Shown here: positions 1 to 12,638 of the stretch, one piece after another
How the letters are laid out: each line of letters begins with the position of its first letter
Numbering within the stretch: the stretch's first letter is position 1
From: Vitrella brassicaformis CCMP3155
Taxonomy: Eukaryota > Protista > Chromerida
DNA: 64,000 nucleotides
NCBI GenBank assembly: GCA_001179505.1
Contig: CDMY01000850.1
Coordinates: 124,001-188,000 of the forward strand
Direction of reading: 5' to 3'
Translations under genes and position numbers: made by a program
The notes under the pieces: model-generated
Database searches by the model: none
What the model was told of the DNA's origin: nothing
What the model saw: the letters and a program-made list of their open reading frames with translations, nothing else

Positions 1-2604
1 CGCAGCCAGTTGTGCGTTTGTCTGAGAGAGGACCGGTATTGCACGGTGAAGAGCTCGTCGCAGTGGCGGAGAAAGCGGTAGAGCGTCTGGCGACCCTCCT
101 CCAACCGAGAGGCAAAGGCGAGAATCTCAACGCTCCCTGACGACAGACAGACGAGTAGATGATACACACAAGAATGGGTCGACCATTGTATTGTGGGTTC
201 TCGCGTACAAGTGAAGGTCATCTTGTGCAGGACGGTGACGAGGAGGCTGCACTGGTATGGCCGGCCCTGGTAAGCCAGCTTCACAATCAGCTTCTCCATC
301 AAACGACACACGCACCGGGGACCGAGCCGCTCACCCTACACAGACACACACACACACACACATACAGAGGCCACATCCACCCACAACGGTATCTCTCTCT
401 CCCCTCCCATGCTCACTCACATGTGAGTCGAGATATTTGAGCACGGTGTGTGACATCTTCAGCGGCGCACACGCGATATAAGCCATCAGCTCCACCACAT
501 GCTGCTGGCCCTCGGGGAACCGCCTCTGCTGCAGCGGCCGGGGGCTAAGCGACGAGGGCCCGTCGAACCGCTTGGGTGAGGGCGAGGGCGAGCCGGGTGG
601 CGATGGGGGGCTGGCAAAGGGGTCCGGCTGGGCCTTGAGGTTGTCCTCGATGATGTCCCTCAGGAGCTGGAACACGATGGGCGCGTGGGAGGGGTGGATG
701 TCGCAGATGTCCTGCACGCAGACACACAGAGGGAGAGAGAGGTGGTGCCGGTCCGGTACGGTGTGGAAGTACAGTAGTTGTTGGTCCACCGGGGGGGCGG
801 GCCGGGCTTACGGCGAGGAGCAGAGGGATGGTGGCGATGCGCTCCAGGGCCAGCAGGGGGTCGACATGGCCGTCAGAGGACTCCTCTGTCATGGCTATCT
901 GACGCACGTAGCGAATGCACGCCTGCAGACGATGAGCACAGACATCCAGCCATGCCATGCAGTGCAGTGCAGTGCAGTGCTGGTCCGCTCGGTGTGGCGG
1001 CCTCACTCACCAGTGCGGCGAGCGGCGTCTGTATGGTCTTGCGCAGCAGCGCGACTTTGCAGTTCTTGCGCAGGTCGTCAGCCCAGATGATGTCACACAC
1101 CTGCACACACCGACACCGACACACATAGATATGTATGTCATCCGGTGCACCACCGTGTTTGTTTCTTTTGCTCATGTCCTCCAATCATCTCACATGTCTG
1201 TCACCTGGTTTAGCTCCTGCCTGCACCGCGCCCTCAGTGCGTCGAGCTGCCGCCTCAGCCGCCTCAGCGCCTTGGCCTCCTGCCGCTCCCTCTTGAGCGT
1301 CTTGACCTTCTGCAGCAGCTCACCGCGGTCGCGCGTCACGTCAAACTCGCCCCCAGGGAGGGGCAACACGTAGTAGCCCTTCCCTTTGCCCTTGCCCTTC
1401 CCCAAACCACCCATCATCCCCAAGCCCATGCCGCCCATGTCCATATTATCCGGGGCAGGCCATATGGGGGGCGGGAGAGCAGCAACGGCACCAGCAGCAG
1501 ACGGCTGGTTCTCATCAGGGATACCTGCTGCTGCTGGTGCTGCTGGCGGCGGGCTGCCCCCTCGCATCATCCTCATCCTGGACGAGTCGTCCTCGGCCGA
1601 CCACGAGCTGCGCGGCCGCCCCCCCTCCTCCGACGAGGGCACGTTGTCATGCAGCATGAGCGAGGGGCGGAAGGACGACGGACTCTCCTCGCTGGTTGGC
1701 TCCTCGCGCTCGCCGTAAGAGTTTCGGTTGTCCTGCGAGTCGCCCTCGTCCATCGAATCTGACACATCTCCTCCTGCGTGTCGGGGGCGCTTGAGCGGCG
1801 GCCCGCCCCCCAGGTGGTCGTCGTCATCTTCTTCTTCGCTGTCTGATCGAGCTCTGCGTGGCGGGAGGGGGGGCGGGAGGGGCTCGTTGCTGTTAGACGA
1901 CTCATCCGATGGGGTGAATGGGGGACACTCATTGTGGTCGACTGAGGCCATCGACATGGGCTGCGGGCCGCTCGCGGCATCGTCGCCCTCGTTGCCCTGC
2001 CCCTCTCCAGCGTCACCATCTCCCTCTTGGTGGTCTTCTGAGTCGTTGTCGGTGTCGGAATCGTTCTTGAGCTGGACGAAAAGCTGGTACAGCTCGCTGA
2101 CGGAGTAGTCGTCGAGCTCATCGTCCTCCTCGATGTCGAAGTACTCACACAGCGCCTGGTAGCACTGCTTCTCGGCACTTATCACATCCTGATGTGATGA
2201 TGTGGCGGCAGACACACATCACATGGGTCTCTCTCTCTCTCTCTCTGCGTGTGTGTGTGTGTGTGTGCGTGGATTGTGTGTCGCACGTACGTCGTATTCG
2301 CCGACTTGTTCGTTGTGGGTGAAGCTGTCGTCCTTGCGCTCCTGCAGGGAGCGGTGCTCCACAAACGCGTTGCGAAGATCGACCTCATCCCACACACACA
2401 GCTCCACCAGGAAGTCTATCAGAGACGCCTGTGAATGAATGAGAAAGGAGGAAGAGGGCAGAACGCACCGATATATGAGAGGATGCTCAGGTGGGTGACA
2501 CACTGCATGGCTTGACATAGCAGCTTACGCGGACGGTGTTGTCGAGCGCCTTCTTGGGGTATGTGAGCATGTCCAGGACCATGTCGATCACCCATGGGCC
2601 TCTG

Positions 2605-2638
<34 letters not shown>

Positions 2639-3615
2639 CGCACACACGCACACACGCACACACAGGGAACGAGCAGTGAGAGGACGGGTGTGAGCTGGAA
2701 TGGATGGCTCAACTCAAATCAGCTTACCTGAGTAGGTCCTCTAGTCGCACATCGGCCTTGAGAGAGGGGTTCCCCACACCCAGTGGGGCAGGGCCACCTG
2801 CACGCAGACAGAGGTGCCGGTGGCATGACTCACGTACCTCAGTCTTATCTGCCCCCTTCCCTTCTGTGCCGGCCCGCCTCAGCCCACTTACTGTCTTTGC
2901 TGACGCCCGAGAAGCTCTCCTCCCAGGCCGACTCCCTGCCCTCCCCCTCGGCCCCCTTAGCCGCACTCTCCCCCGCACTCCCCGCACCACCCACCACCGA
3001 CCCAGCAGCGGGCGTCTCCCACGCCCAAGGGTCCAAAGCCGCTCCCGTGTGGGCGTCATCGAGTGCTGCCAGTCTCATGGGTGGGGGCGGCGAGCTGGGC
3101 GGGCTGGGGAGAGGGAAGGGGAGGTTTGCCGCGTCGGCGCCGAGAGGGAGGGAGTCGTCTTGTGTCGGTGTCTGGTGCTGCTGATGGTGGTGGGTGGGGG
3201 AGGGTGTGGGCCATGTGATTGCGAGGGGGAGGGGGAGAGGGGAGGCTGACTGCGGGTGAGTCTTGTTGCGGTGTCGGGAGAAGAGGCCCGACAGATGTGA
3301 TATGTCGTCGGCAGTAAGGGGGCCGCCGGTGCGGTCTGCACAGACAGAGAGGGAGAGAGAGAGGTCCCGGTGCGGTCAGTGTACTCTGCGTTTGGCGACA
3401 GGGTGTGGTGTGTGCTTACATGACTGTTGCATGAAGACGCTCTGCACGGCGTTGAACAGCTCAACATCCCTGACACACACACACACACACACGAGACGGA
3501 GAAGCATTCAATAATTGCTGGGTGGCCCGGGTGCGTCTGACTTGCTGTGCAGGTCAGTAAACCGCAGGCACAGCCGACCCACAGACTTCTTGGCCTCGCC
3601 ACGCAGCTGCACACA

Positions 3616-3651
<36 letters not shown>

Positions 3652-5274
3652 CCGCCCAATGGACGAACACAATGTGTTCTGTTCGTCCCTCAGGGGAGCC
3701 CAGCGCCCCTCACCCTGCCCACCCTGTCGATGAGTGCGTGTCTGAGTCTGAAAATCTTGTGCTGGTCCCTGGGGGGCCGGATGCGCTGCAGCACGAACAG
3801 CAGGGCCTGCGCGACGATGAAGGTGTACTCGCCCGTGCAGGCCATGCAGTACACTGACTGCAGCAGCTCCTCCTCGGCGGCCAAATCCTGCAGGACACAC
3901 ATTACATTAGTTACACACAGCACAAGGGTAGGGTGCCCAGGGTGCCCATCTTGGCTCGTGTGTCGGCCGGCGAATGAATAAATGGGTCATGGTGGAGTGG
4001 ACTCGACTCACCGCAGCGATGTAGCTGGCGACGGTGTGGCAGAATGTGGTCAGGTACACGCGGAAGTTGGCCATCTCAGCCCCGGTCTGACGACACACAC
4101 ACACACACGCACAGCCGTCCATCCATCCATCCATCATGTCATCTGTCTGTCTTGCGCACCTTGACGATCTCTTCGACCGTCTCAGCGGGCGATACGGCGT
4201 GTGCAATGCCGCTGACGATGGAGTGGAGCACCACTGAGTCGTTGTCGCGGGTCAGCGCGTAGACACTCTCGCGCCAAATCTTGTGCTTGCACAGCTGCAC
4301 GGCGATCTTCTGCCACTTCTCCTGGTGCTCAGGGGTGGGGTGCTCGAAGTCGAAGAACTGCGCGTCTGAACCAACCAACCAACAAAGATACACACACACA
4401 CACACACACACACAGTTACACTGAGCATACACACATGCGAGCCCGCACAAGACCGGTCTCTCACCTAGTGCAGCAGCATCGAAATGGTCTTTGAGGAGCT
4501 TCTGGTACTGCTCCTGCAGCTGCAGACGCGACAGCGACACGGCATGAGAGAATCAGATCAGCCTCCATGAGTGCAGTGCGCGGCGGGCGTGTGTGCATCC
4601 CTCGCGCCGCGCCCGCCCTACCAGTCGTTCTGCGTTTCGCGTCTCGCCGGGCAGCCCGGCCACCCACTGTGCGAGCTGCCGGGCGCGGGAGGGATAGCCC
4701 ACCAGATTGTCACACAGACAGTCCTTCACCTCCTGGCCCCATCAACACACACAGAGGACAATAGAATGCAGATGAAAGCACTAGGTGCGTGTCTGTCAGG
4801 GTCCCTCCCTCCCTCCTACTGACCTGCAGTGTGCCTCCCGCCGCGATGAACCTCCGTATGTGTGTGCCGATGTTGACATCTAGAGCGGCGTCGGGGCGCT
4901 CCAGCCGGCGCTTCAGGTCCTCCCTACTGCCGCCGTCCCTACCGTCAGCTGTGCTGCTCACAGAGGGGTGCTGCCGCTCCTTCCGCTTCGCTGATGGACA
5001 CACACAATGCAAATCAAATGGGTGGATTGCCCTCATGTGAGCAAGGAGTGAGTGACGCCACGCCGGCAGCATCGTGCGCCCGATGCGGCCTGCCTATCTC
5101 TCGCGTCGGTTGGCCTCGTCTTATCATATATCATACATCCGGCGATGAGTGTGATGTGTGTGTGTCCCCTCCCTCCTCACCTTCGTTCATGAATCTTGCC
5201 GCTGCGGCACTTCGGTCGGTTGCCTTGATCAGCTCCCAGTACCACAGGAGCTTCAAGGTGCCCGCCCCGGCCAT
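1..5274 (-). CDS. NELFCD: NELF-C/D (TH1-like) negative elongation factor subunit homologue, multi-exon, 3' end runs off the left edge
   Basis: Spliced exons match recalled human TH1L in colinear order: DAALDVNIGTHIRRFIAAGGT vs DYIMEPSIFNTLKRYFQAGGS; QYQKLLKDHFDAAAL-DAQFF vs HLKSLLIKHFDPRKADSIF; HKIWRESVYAL vs HTTWRDLFYKL; MACTGEYTFIVAQALLFVL vs MVCHGEHTYLFAQAMMSVL; DLLR-GPWVIDMVLDMLTYP vs ELIRVPAFLDLFMQSLFKP; DICDIHPSHAPIVFQLL vs EISTCHQLLHPQVLQLL. Probable ATG at 5274. Confidence 0.75.
2605..2662. repeat. (CA)n/(CACG) microsatellite, representative of many intronic microsatellites across the window
   Basis: The cacacaca...cgcacacacg run is directly visible. Similar (GT)n, (GGAT)n, (CAGG)n and (GACA)n tracts occur in most introns. 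Confidence 0.9.
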
Positions 5275-5589
5275 TCTGAGTGCAAGTCCTCAATGAATCA
5301 CTTCAACGCTCAACGAGTCGTCTGGTAGCAGGCTCCCACTCAATCCATCCGCCTCCTCGAGATTTTCCCACATCGGAGAGAGAGCGGTTTCATGGAGCAC
5401 CCTAGGCGGCTTATGCGAGCTTGAAGCTCGTGAGGTTTTTCGTGCTGATGATTCGATGCCCATGAGGCCGCCACTTGACGTTTCTCCACGGCGTTCTGCG
5501 GGTCGGTGATGGCCTCGGCTGAGTGCGGCTGGTAGGAGGGCGTTGGTTGCATTCATCGCCATTCGGCCACCCGCCTCTGTAGCTTTCCC

Positions 5590-7130
5590 ATGGCGTCTAA
5601 GAGGCGTCTGGATCTCCCGGACGGTCCGCAGCCTGCCTCGCGCTTTCGCTATGCAGGGCCCAACGACCCGTTGGCGCCGCCATGCAGCGCTGACTTCACG
5701 TGAGATGGATGCATGGCAGGCAGCGAGGGAGAGGTCACGGCGTTGGTGGTGGTGGTGGTGGGTTGGGATGGCTCTCTTGTGTTGGTCTCTTTCAGGTATG
5801 CGTTCGACTTAGCCATCGCTAACGTGCTGTGCAAGGTGAAACCTGGCGATGACATTGAAGTCAAGGTACGTGTGGGAGGGGCCACGCGATGATGCTCGAT
5901 GCTCCTCTTTCCCTCATCCATCCATCCATCCATCCGATGTGTGTGCCTTCCCTCACCCCCCCAGTGGTACATTGCCAAGGACGGTGAGAACGAAACCCAG
6001 CAGTCGGCGTCGACCGCTGCCCCGTCGGCCTCCCCTCCCGCCCCGGCCCCTATGCACGACGGGTCATCAGAGGAGTCGAGCACGGCCGCAGCGACCACCA
6101 CCAACGTGTCGCCCACTGAGAGCAAGGCGGAGGGCGGCACTGATGACAAGGAGGGGGGAGACAATAGGGACGAGGAAGAGGGTGAGAGAGAGAAAGGAAA
6201 TCGACTCACATAGGGGGTGGGTCGATGGATGGATGGATGGATGCCATTCATGGGCCTGTGTGTGTGTGTGTGTGTGTGTGTGTCAGAGGAGGCGGGGCAG
6301 CCGGTATGGTTTCGTGCGACGGTAGAGGGCCCGGATGGGGAGAAGAGGGACCCTAGCGGCAGGCGACTCTGGAAGGTAGGTACCCACACCTACACCTACA
6401 CACACAGACCATCCATCTATCCATCCATCCATCCATCCATTCTGTCACACACATCCCACAGCTTTGCTACGCCCCTCTAGTGGAGTTCAGCGGCGAGACG
6501 GCCTCGGTGTCGTTCATCACTCGCCACCTGCTGTTCGACCCCCGCCACTCGGGTCTGTTGTCGTGGCGGCGTGAGGGCGAGGACTATGAGGACGAGGAGG
6601 AGGAGCACGAGCTGTCCGAGCAGGACTCGACGCTGGAGTTCATCGAGGGGCTCAAGGCACAGGAGGCCTGCCAGCTGATCAACCCGGAGGAAATGGCGGT
6701 CAGGCAGCCACAGAGAGAGAGAGGCGCAACCGAGACAGGAAGGGAATGGTCGATGAATCGCTGATGGTCGATGGGTGTGGTCCGATGGTGTGTGCAGGGT
6801 TCTGTGTTGGAGGGGGACTTGGGCGACCAGCTCCGCGGCCTCCCAATGACGCAGCAGATCCAGGTCGTCGACCACATCAAGTCCATCACCAAACGGTTCA
6901 AGGTGACTATATTGCGCTCCCCACCACCTGGACGGCTGTCTTGTTGCATCCATCCATCCAGCCAGCCATCCAGCCATGCATCTGTCCACCTGTGTGTGTG
7001 TCAGGAGCGGTTGCGTGATTTGGTAGCTACCAAGGGCGCCGAGTACGTGTTGACGGCGGGCGATGTGCAGAGTCTGGAGAGGGAGTTGCGGGAGGCCAGG
7101 CAGCGGCTGCGACAGGGGAACCAGTCCTAA
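5590..7130 (+). CDS. Conserved-looking hypothetical protein with Tudor/SH3-like barrel motif and acidic and helical C-terminal regions (7 exons)
   Basis: MASKRRLDLP... joins in phase across GT/AG introns to YAFDLAIANVLCKVKPGDDIEVK|WYIAK...|PVWFRATVEGPDG...RLWK|VEFSGETASVSFITRHLLFDP...|...QGNQS*. The GDxIEVxW...W-x-x-A-T-V pattern is barrel-like (inference). Confidence 0.7.
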
Positions 7131-7576
7131 TCGACCATGGTTGTTTGTTGCTGAACACACCTCCTCCTCTAAAGGCACGACTGACCGTTGTATAACTGCA
7201 TACCCGTGTTTGTCTGTGTGTGTGGCTGCGCGGCTCGGCCGGGTGGGGTGGGGTGGCTGACTGTGTGTGTGGAGACAGACAGTGGGGTGGTTGGGTTTTG
7301 TTTGTGTGTGGTCCGGTCGGTGTGTGGCTGAGCGGGGTGTGCGTGTACCATGAATACGTCATGTATGCCTCGTCGCACTGTTGTATTACTATGTGAAGGA
7401 GACACGCGGGCTATTGAGGAACCTTTCTCTTCAATTGTTCTGACGTATAAGAGGCCGCTCGCACACATGCACTCACTACGCACACCCGTCAGCCAGTCTC
7501 CCTCCAACAGCTGTACAAGCACGCACACGCTCTCTCTCTCTGTCAATCAACCATCGATCGACACACACGCATCTGC

Positions 7577-10305
7577 CTACTCAGCCCCCTCCTGCAGCAG
7601 CCTGCCCGAAAGGCGGTACGTGTTCTCAAAATGGTGGATGCTCCGCCACGTAATCTCATACAGCTTCTCTACCTCGCTCTCACACCCACTCAGACACTCC
7701 TGGACGAACGCCTCGCTGCCCGCAGACATGTCAGACAGTGCAGTCAGGTCAAAGACGAGAGGCTTGATGGCACAGATGAGCCTCACGCAGCCCCGCACAC
7801 ACGCATACGACACGAGTGGGTCGTCGGTGCGGATAAGGCTGATCGCCCGGCCTGCCTTCATGATGAGATGCTCGATCAGGGGGTAGACAAATGAGGGCCC
7901 ATCGGCAGGCAGCTCACTCAGACACGCACCACAGAATACGGAAAGGGTCGGCACGCGGGGGGGGAGGAGCGAGACGGCCTCCCCCACCGCCTCCAGGCTA
8001 CTGCTCTCGATGACCACCTTTTCCAACGAATGGATCGACCCCAGCAGCACCCCCAGGGTGTGCGGAGGCGGGGGGTCTGCTCGTACTCGTCTCGCTCCTC
8101 CTCCCCCACCCCCCGCCCGTCACCCTGGATGCAGCCGACCTGCAGCTTCAGCTCGGTCAAGTTGGGGAATCGGGTACTCTTGCCCTTGGCGTCTCGGTCG
8201 GCCAGCCAGGGGGCCATGGAGGGGATGGCCTGGCATGGCTTGTTGGCGTAGATGTCGAGCTTGCTCGCCTGAGGAAAGTAGAGGTGGTCACTCCAGTCGT
8301 CGTGGAGAGCTAAGGGGCCGCCGCAGTACGACACCTGCCGACAATCAATCAGTGGATGGAGGGAGGGAGGGATGGAGGGAGGGAGACAACGACGCTGGCG
8401 TGCTGAGTGGGTGTGCAGGTGGGTGGTACCTTGTCGGCTTTGCTCGCGAGTTGGCCAATGAAGCGCGCGGCCGTGGGGTCTGGAGGCGAAGCGAATGGCA
8501 TGGCGGTCTTGTCGCTCTCGCACGACAGCCACATCTGGTCACACTCCCACTCAATCTGATACGCATAGACACGGCACACCCAGACAGACATAGTCTCACA
8601 CGTATGTGCAGTGAGTGAGCGAGTGCGGCGTGCTTGATTGCCTGGCAGTTGCTGGATTGTGCCCACGAGAGGAATGCTGGTATGCTGAACGAGCCGGGCC
8701 CTCGAGGGAACGAGTGGATCTGCAGGGAATGAACACGCAAAGTGGTTCACACCTAGACATAGCACATGTGTCCATCGTACCTGGTCATTGAAGTCGGCTC
8801 CAACACCTACAGTCTCAACAGCGAAGCGCAGTTTCTTGGGCACCCCTGCACACACACACACATCGGAACGCATCGAAACATCTGTGCGTGCCGTGCACCA
8901 CCCATACCCACCCCAGTGCCCACCTAGCATTGCTGGTGCGGCCCACTGTGCCGAGAGGGCGTTCTTGACCATCGACAGGGGTGTCAGGGCCTTGCTTAGG
9001 TCTGTGGCCCTGATGTTGAGCTTGGGCAGCGATTCGACGGCGGGGCAGCTCTTGAGAGCGGAGAGAAAATCCTGCTGCTTCTTGTCGATGACCACCCCGA
9101 GCGGCTCTGGCATGAAGCCCGCTGGTGTAGCCGACATGTGGCCGCTGATGTGGATGAGCTTGGGGGATGTCTTGATGATGTGCTGGATCGCCTCGCTGCA
9201 GCTGCTGTCGAGGTGAAGGGTCAGCAGGCCGGGGAAAGTCCAGCGGTGACTCCTGATACACAGCATCGGGCGATATGATGAGTGAGCGGGTAGAGGTGAC
9301 GGGCCGGGCACTGCTGGAGCTTACTTGAAGTATGATAGCCAAGTGTCGCTAGTGACGCTGAGGTGCTCCACACTTGTCAGGGCCACACCACGCCCACGGT
9401 GAAACAGCTCCCTGATGTGCCTTTGTTCGTTCGTTAACGGACACCTGCCGATGCCCCTCACTCGCCGCTCGTTTGGGGTGCCTCCGACGTCTACTGGCGT
9501 GAGTGTGCTGCTGTTGGCCGCCAAGATCGACGCAGCGAGTTCCAGCGACGACTCCTGGAAGACAGCCACGATCGTGGCTGCCTTGACACTCGTCTACACG
9601 CGCACATACGGAGAGAGGATGTGTCAGAACCGCTGCAGCCGACACACCACGTCATACTCACCAGCCGTTGCTTGAGTAGCGTCTGTTGCTGCGGTGTGTA
9701 TGCGTCGTCGCTGGAGATGGTGAAGTGCTGCAATATGCCGGTCTTCTTGCTCATGACCTGAGTGCGGAGATCCCTACTGACGCGGCACAGCCGGGCGGCC
9801 TCCTTGGTGCTGAAGAAGGCCGCGATGCCCTGGACGAAGAGGCCGGCGGGCAGCCCGTCCAGTGAGGCGCGGCAACGAACCTGACGACAACAGATGGGGT
9901 CCACACACAATGCTCTGTGGAGAGAATGTGGTGTGTTTGTTTGGTCACCCACCGACCTGGCTATGCATCGTCTGGTTGGTCAGTGATGTCTTGGCGACGT
10001 CTGCCGCCTCGAGGAAGCCAACCAGCACGCCGCTCACAACACTCTGCGGCAGCCCGTCCAAACAAGGCTGGCCGTATGGCTGCACAAACGAAAGCAAGAA
10101 CAGGCAGGACACATCAATGGGTGGAGGGATGCAGTTGCGTGTGACGAGGTATTCGCACCTGTGCGGGTGGTTTCCATCCGACGGCTATGGGTCGTAGTGG
10201 CTTGATGGCGGCGTCTAGGACCTCACTGGCGCTCGACACCATACCCACGGCAGACGACAACATGGCTACCAACTCACTCCCACCAGGTAGCTACACACAC
10301 AAATA

Positions 10306-10338
<33 letters not shown>

Positions 10339-11531
10339 TGACTTTCGTGTGCGGTGTGCCCTCCGTGTTGCCTACAATGAATCGGTGAGGGTCGCCCAGG
10401 ATCTTCTCCGCCTTGAGCAACTGCGCAGGCACCTGGCAAAGGAACAGCGTCGCAGACCGGAATTGAGGGAAAGGACAGCTCAAGGCCAGCCAATGAGCTG
10501 ACCTGTTTCCTGATTTCCCGGATGCACTTGAGGTCTGGGGATGATGCAGCAGCGACGGGCATGGGTGGCGTGGGGTCAGCCTCTCCCTCGCCCTCCGTCG
10601 AGCTGAGGTTGTCATCGTCATCGCCACTGTCATCGTCCTCATCAGATGAGACCGAGCCGCCATCTGCTGCTGCTGGTGGTGAGTCGGAATCTGGAGCCGA
10701 TGCTCGCTGCCAGTAGATGCCGTGTTTCCCCATCGGCCACTCGCCACACCGACCCACCAACTCCCCCTCCAGCTTCAGACGCTCATCGCGCATCTTCTCC
10801 AACTTCGTGCTGCACACATCACAAACACCAAACAAGCACAAACGACGAACATGATGGGTGGATGACGTGTCGATCTGTCGTGTGCCCGAGCTGTCTGTGT
10901 AGGTGCGCACATACATGAGTTTCTCGTTGTATTTCCGTTCAATCCGCCAGCAGGATGCAGGGGCCGGCTGTTCTGCGAGGGTGAAGGTCTTGGTTATCAG
11001 CTCCTTGTGCTCGACGAGGGCCTTGATGCCCCCCCGCAGAGTGGCCATGCCGCACTTGAGCTGCAGAGGCACAGAGGGAAGCGGAGGGGGCTCAGGCTCC
11101 TGCATGACAAACACACATTAGGATGTTTGTCTGCGGTCGGCTGCGCGGTGAGTGCATTCTCAGTGACCCACCCAGATGGAGGGCAGGAAATTGACGATTT
11201 GGTCCAGTTGGTTGATGTGCCCCGTCAGCTGCACACGCACACGCACACACCCATCCATCCATCCACCCACCCGTATCCCTCCCTCCGCACTCCATCACTC
11301 CCCAATTGTCACTCCCTCACTCACCTGCGCCTCGAGCGTCGGCAGCTGTGCCTTTACCCGCCGCAGCTGCTCATAGATATCACGCAGCTCCTGTCGCCCG
11401 CCGCCCTGCATAACGCAAACAACCGATGCATGATGAGTCAAGCATTCAGGAGAGCATGCTGGCATCACAACCCATCCACTCGCTGTACCTGTCCCTCCAT
11501 CTTGCTCGAGACCGACAGCAGAGAGAGCCAT
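7577..11531 (-). CDS. Large hypothetical protein with N-terminal coiled-coil/acidic region and two tandem F-box-like motifs
   Basis: Exons chain from MALSAVGLEQDGGT (11531) to ...RLLQEGAE* (7577). Motifs CLDGLPQSVVSGVLVGFL (~10070-10010) and SLDGLPAGLFVQGIAAFF (~9870-9810). Confidence 0.6.
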
Positions 11532-11565
11532 TGTCTACCCCCTCACTCCAACGACCCCCGCGAGC

Positions 11566-11604
11566 CCAAAACCCCACAAACCCTAAGCCCCAAACCCTGA
11601 ACCC
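11566..11604 (+). promoter_or_regulatory. Telomere-like (telo-box-like) motifs in the divergent promoter upstream of RPB9
   Basis: aaaccctaa at 11578-11586 and aaaccctgaaccc at 11592-11604, within a 205 bp head-to-head gap. Confidence 0.3.
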
Positions 11605-11736
11605 AGAAAGCCCGCCGCCACAGCAATTGTCCGGTGTCTTCATCTTCCGCGTTCTCCTTCCTCGCCCGCTACGTTTGTCGCGCATCAGCTAATCTGTCCG
11701 TGTGTCTGTCTGTCTGTCTGTCTGTCTGTCGGCAAG

Positions 11737-12185
11737 ATGAGTGGGATGAAGTTTTGCTCCGAGTGCCGCAACCTGCTGGATCCCGAGGAGGATAAGGAGC
11801 GGCGGCAGCTGGTCTTCAGGTGCAAGCGGTGCAACATCAAGGAGGCCACCGACCCAGACAGCGCCGCGGAGAACACTATCGAGCGGCGCAACATCAACTA
11901 CGAGTCCAAGGAGGAGGTCTTCATCCGAAGAGAGATCGTTGAGGACAACACACTCAGCAGAACCAAAGACCACGAGTGCCCAAAATGCAGGTGGGTGGAT
12001 GAGACGAACATCCAACATGCTGCGCACAGGGAGAGAGATGGCTTTTGCGTGTGTGTGTATGTGTGTGGTTCAGGTATCGAGGAGCGGTGTTCTTTCAGCT
12101 GCCCGAGAAGAGCACCGACCAGGCCATGACGCTGGTCTTTGTGTGCGAGAACTGCGGACACTGGGTCAGGGGGGGCAGGGACTGA
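11737..12185 (+). CDS. RPB9: RNA polymerase II subunit RPB9 (2 exons; intron 11991-12073)
   Basis: Two zinc ribbons, MKFCSECRNLL...CKRC and DHECPKC|RYRGAVFFQL...MTLVFVCENCGHW. Phase-consistent GT/AG intron. Confidence 0.95.
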
Positions 12186-12638
12186 CTGACCAATTGCGAT
12201 TGACTGACTGACTGTCTGATTGACCGAGAGTGACTGACTGGTTGACCTATTTGTCAGAATCACGAGGTAGCTTTTATCCGATAAGCACCGTTCAAGTGGT
12301 TTTTCCGTGGCGTGGCGTGTCATGCGACATGATGAGATTAGACCATCAGTGATCGATCGGTTGATTCATCACGCGAACACTGAACGTCCCAGACAGACAG
12401 ACACTCACATTGATTGAGTTCTGTTCTGATGATGAATCACGCACGTCATGTCATGCAGAGAAGCAGACACACGCACATCACATCCAGCTACGCTAAGCTG
12501 CGTCGCATGAGCACAGTGCATTCAGACCCGATAGTGCGTGTTGCCCACCTGCAGGCGGGCATACAACACACAGTCACATTTTGCCGTGATCCTTCGTTGC
12601 TCCTGTACCTTGTTGCAAGTATCACATCATGCCTTCCG

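Noticed and set aside
2182-2712. ORFs containing CVCVCV/HTHTHT, resembling metal-binding peptides (many similar across the window)
   Set aside because: Translations of intronic (GT)n/(CA)n microsatellites.
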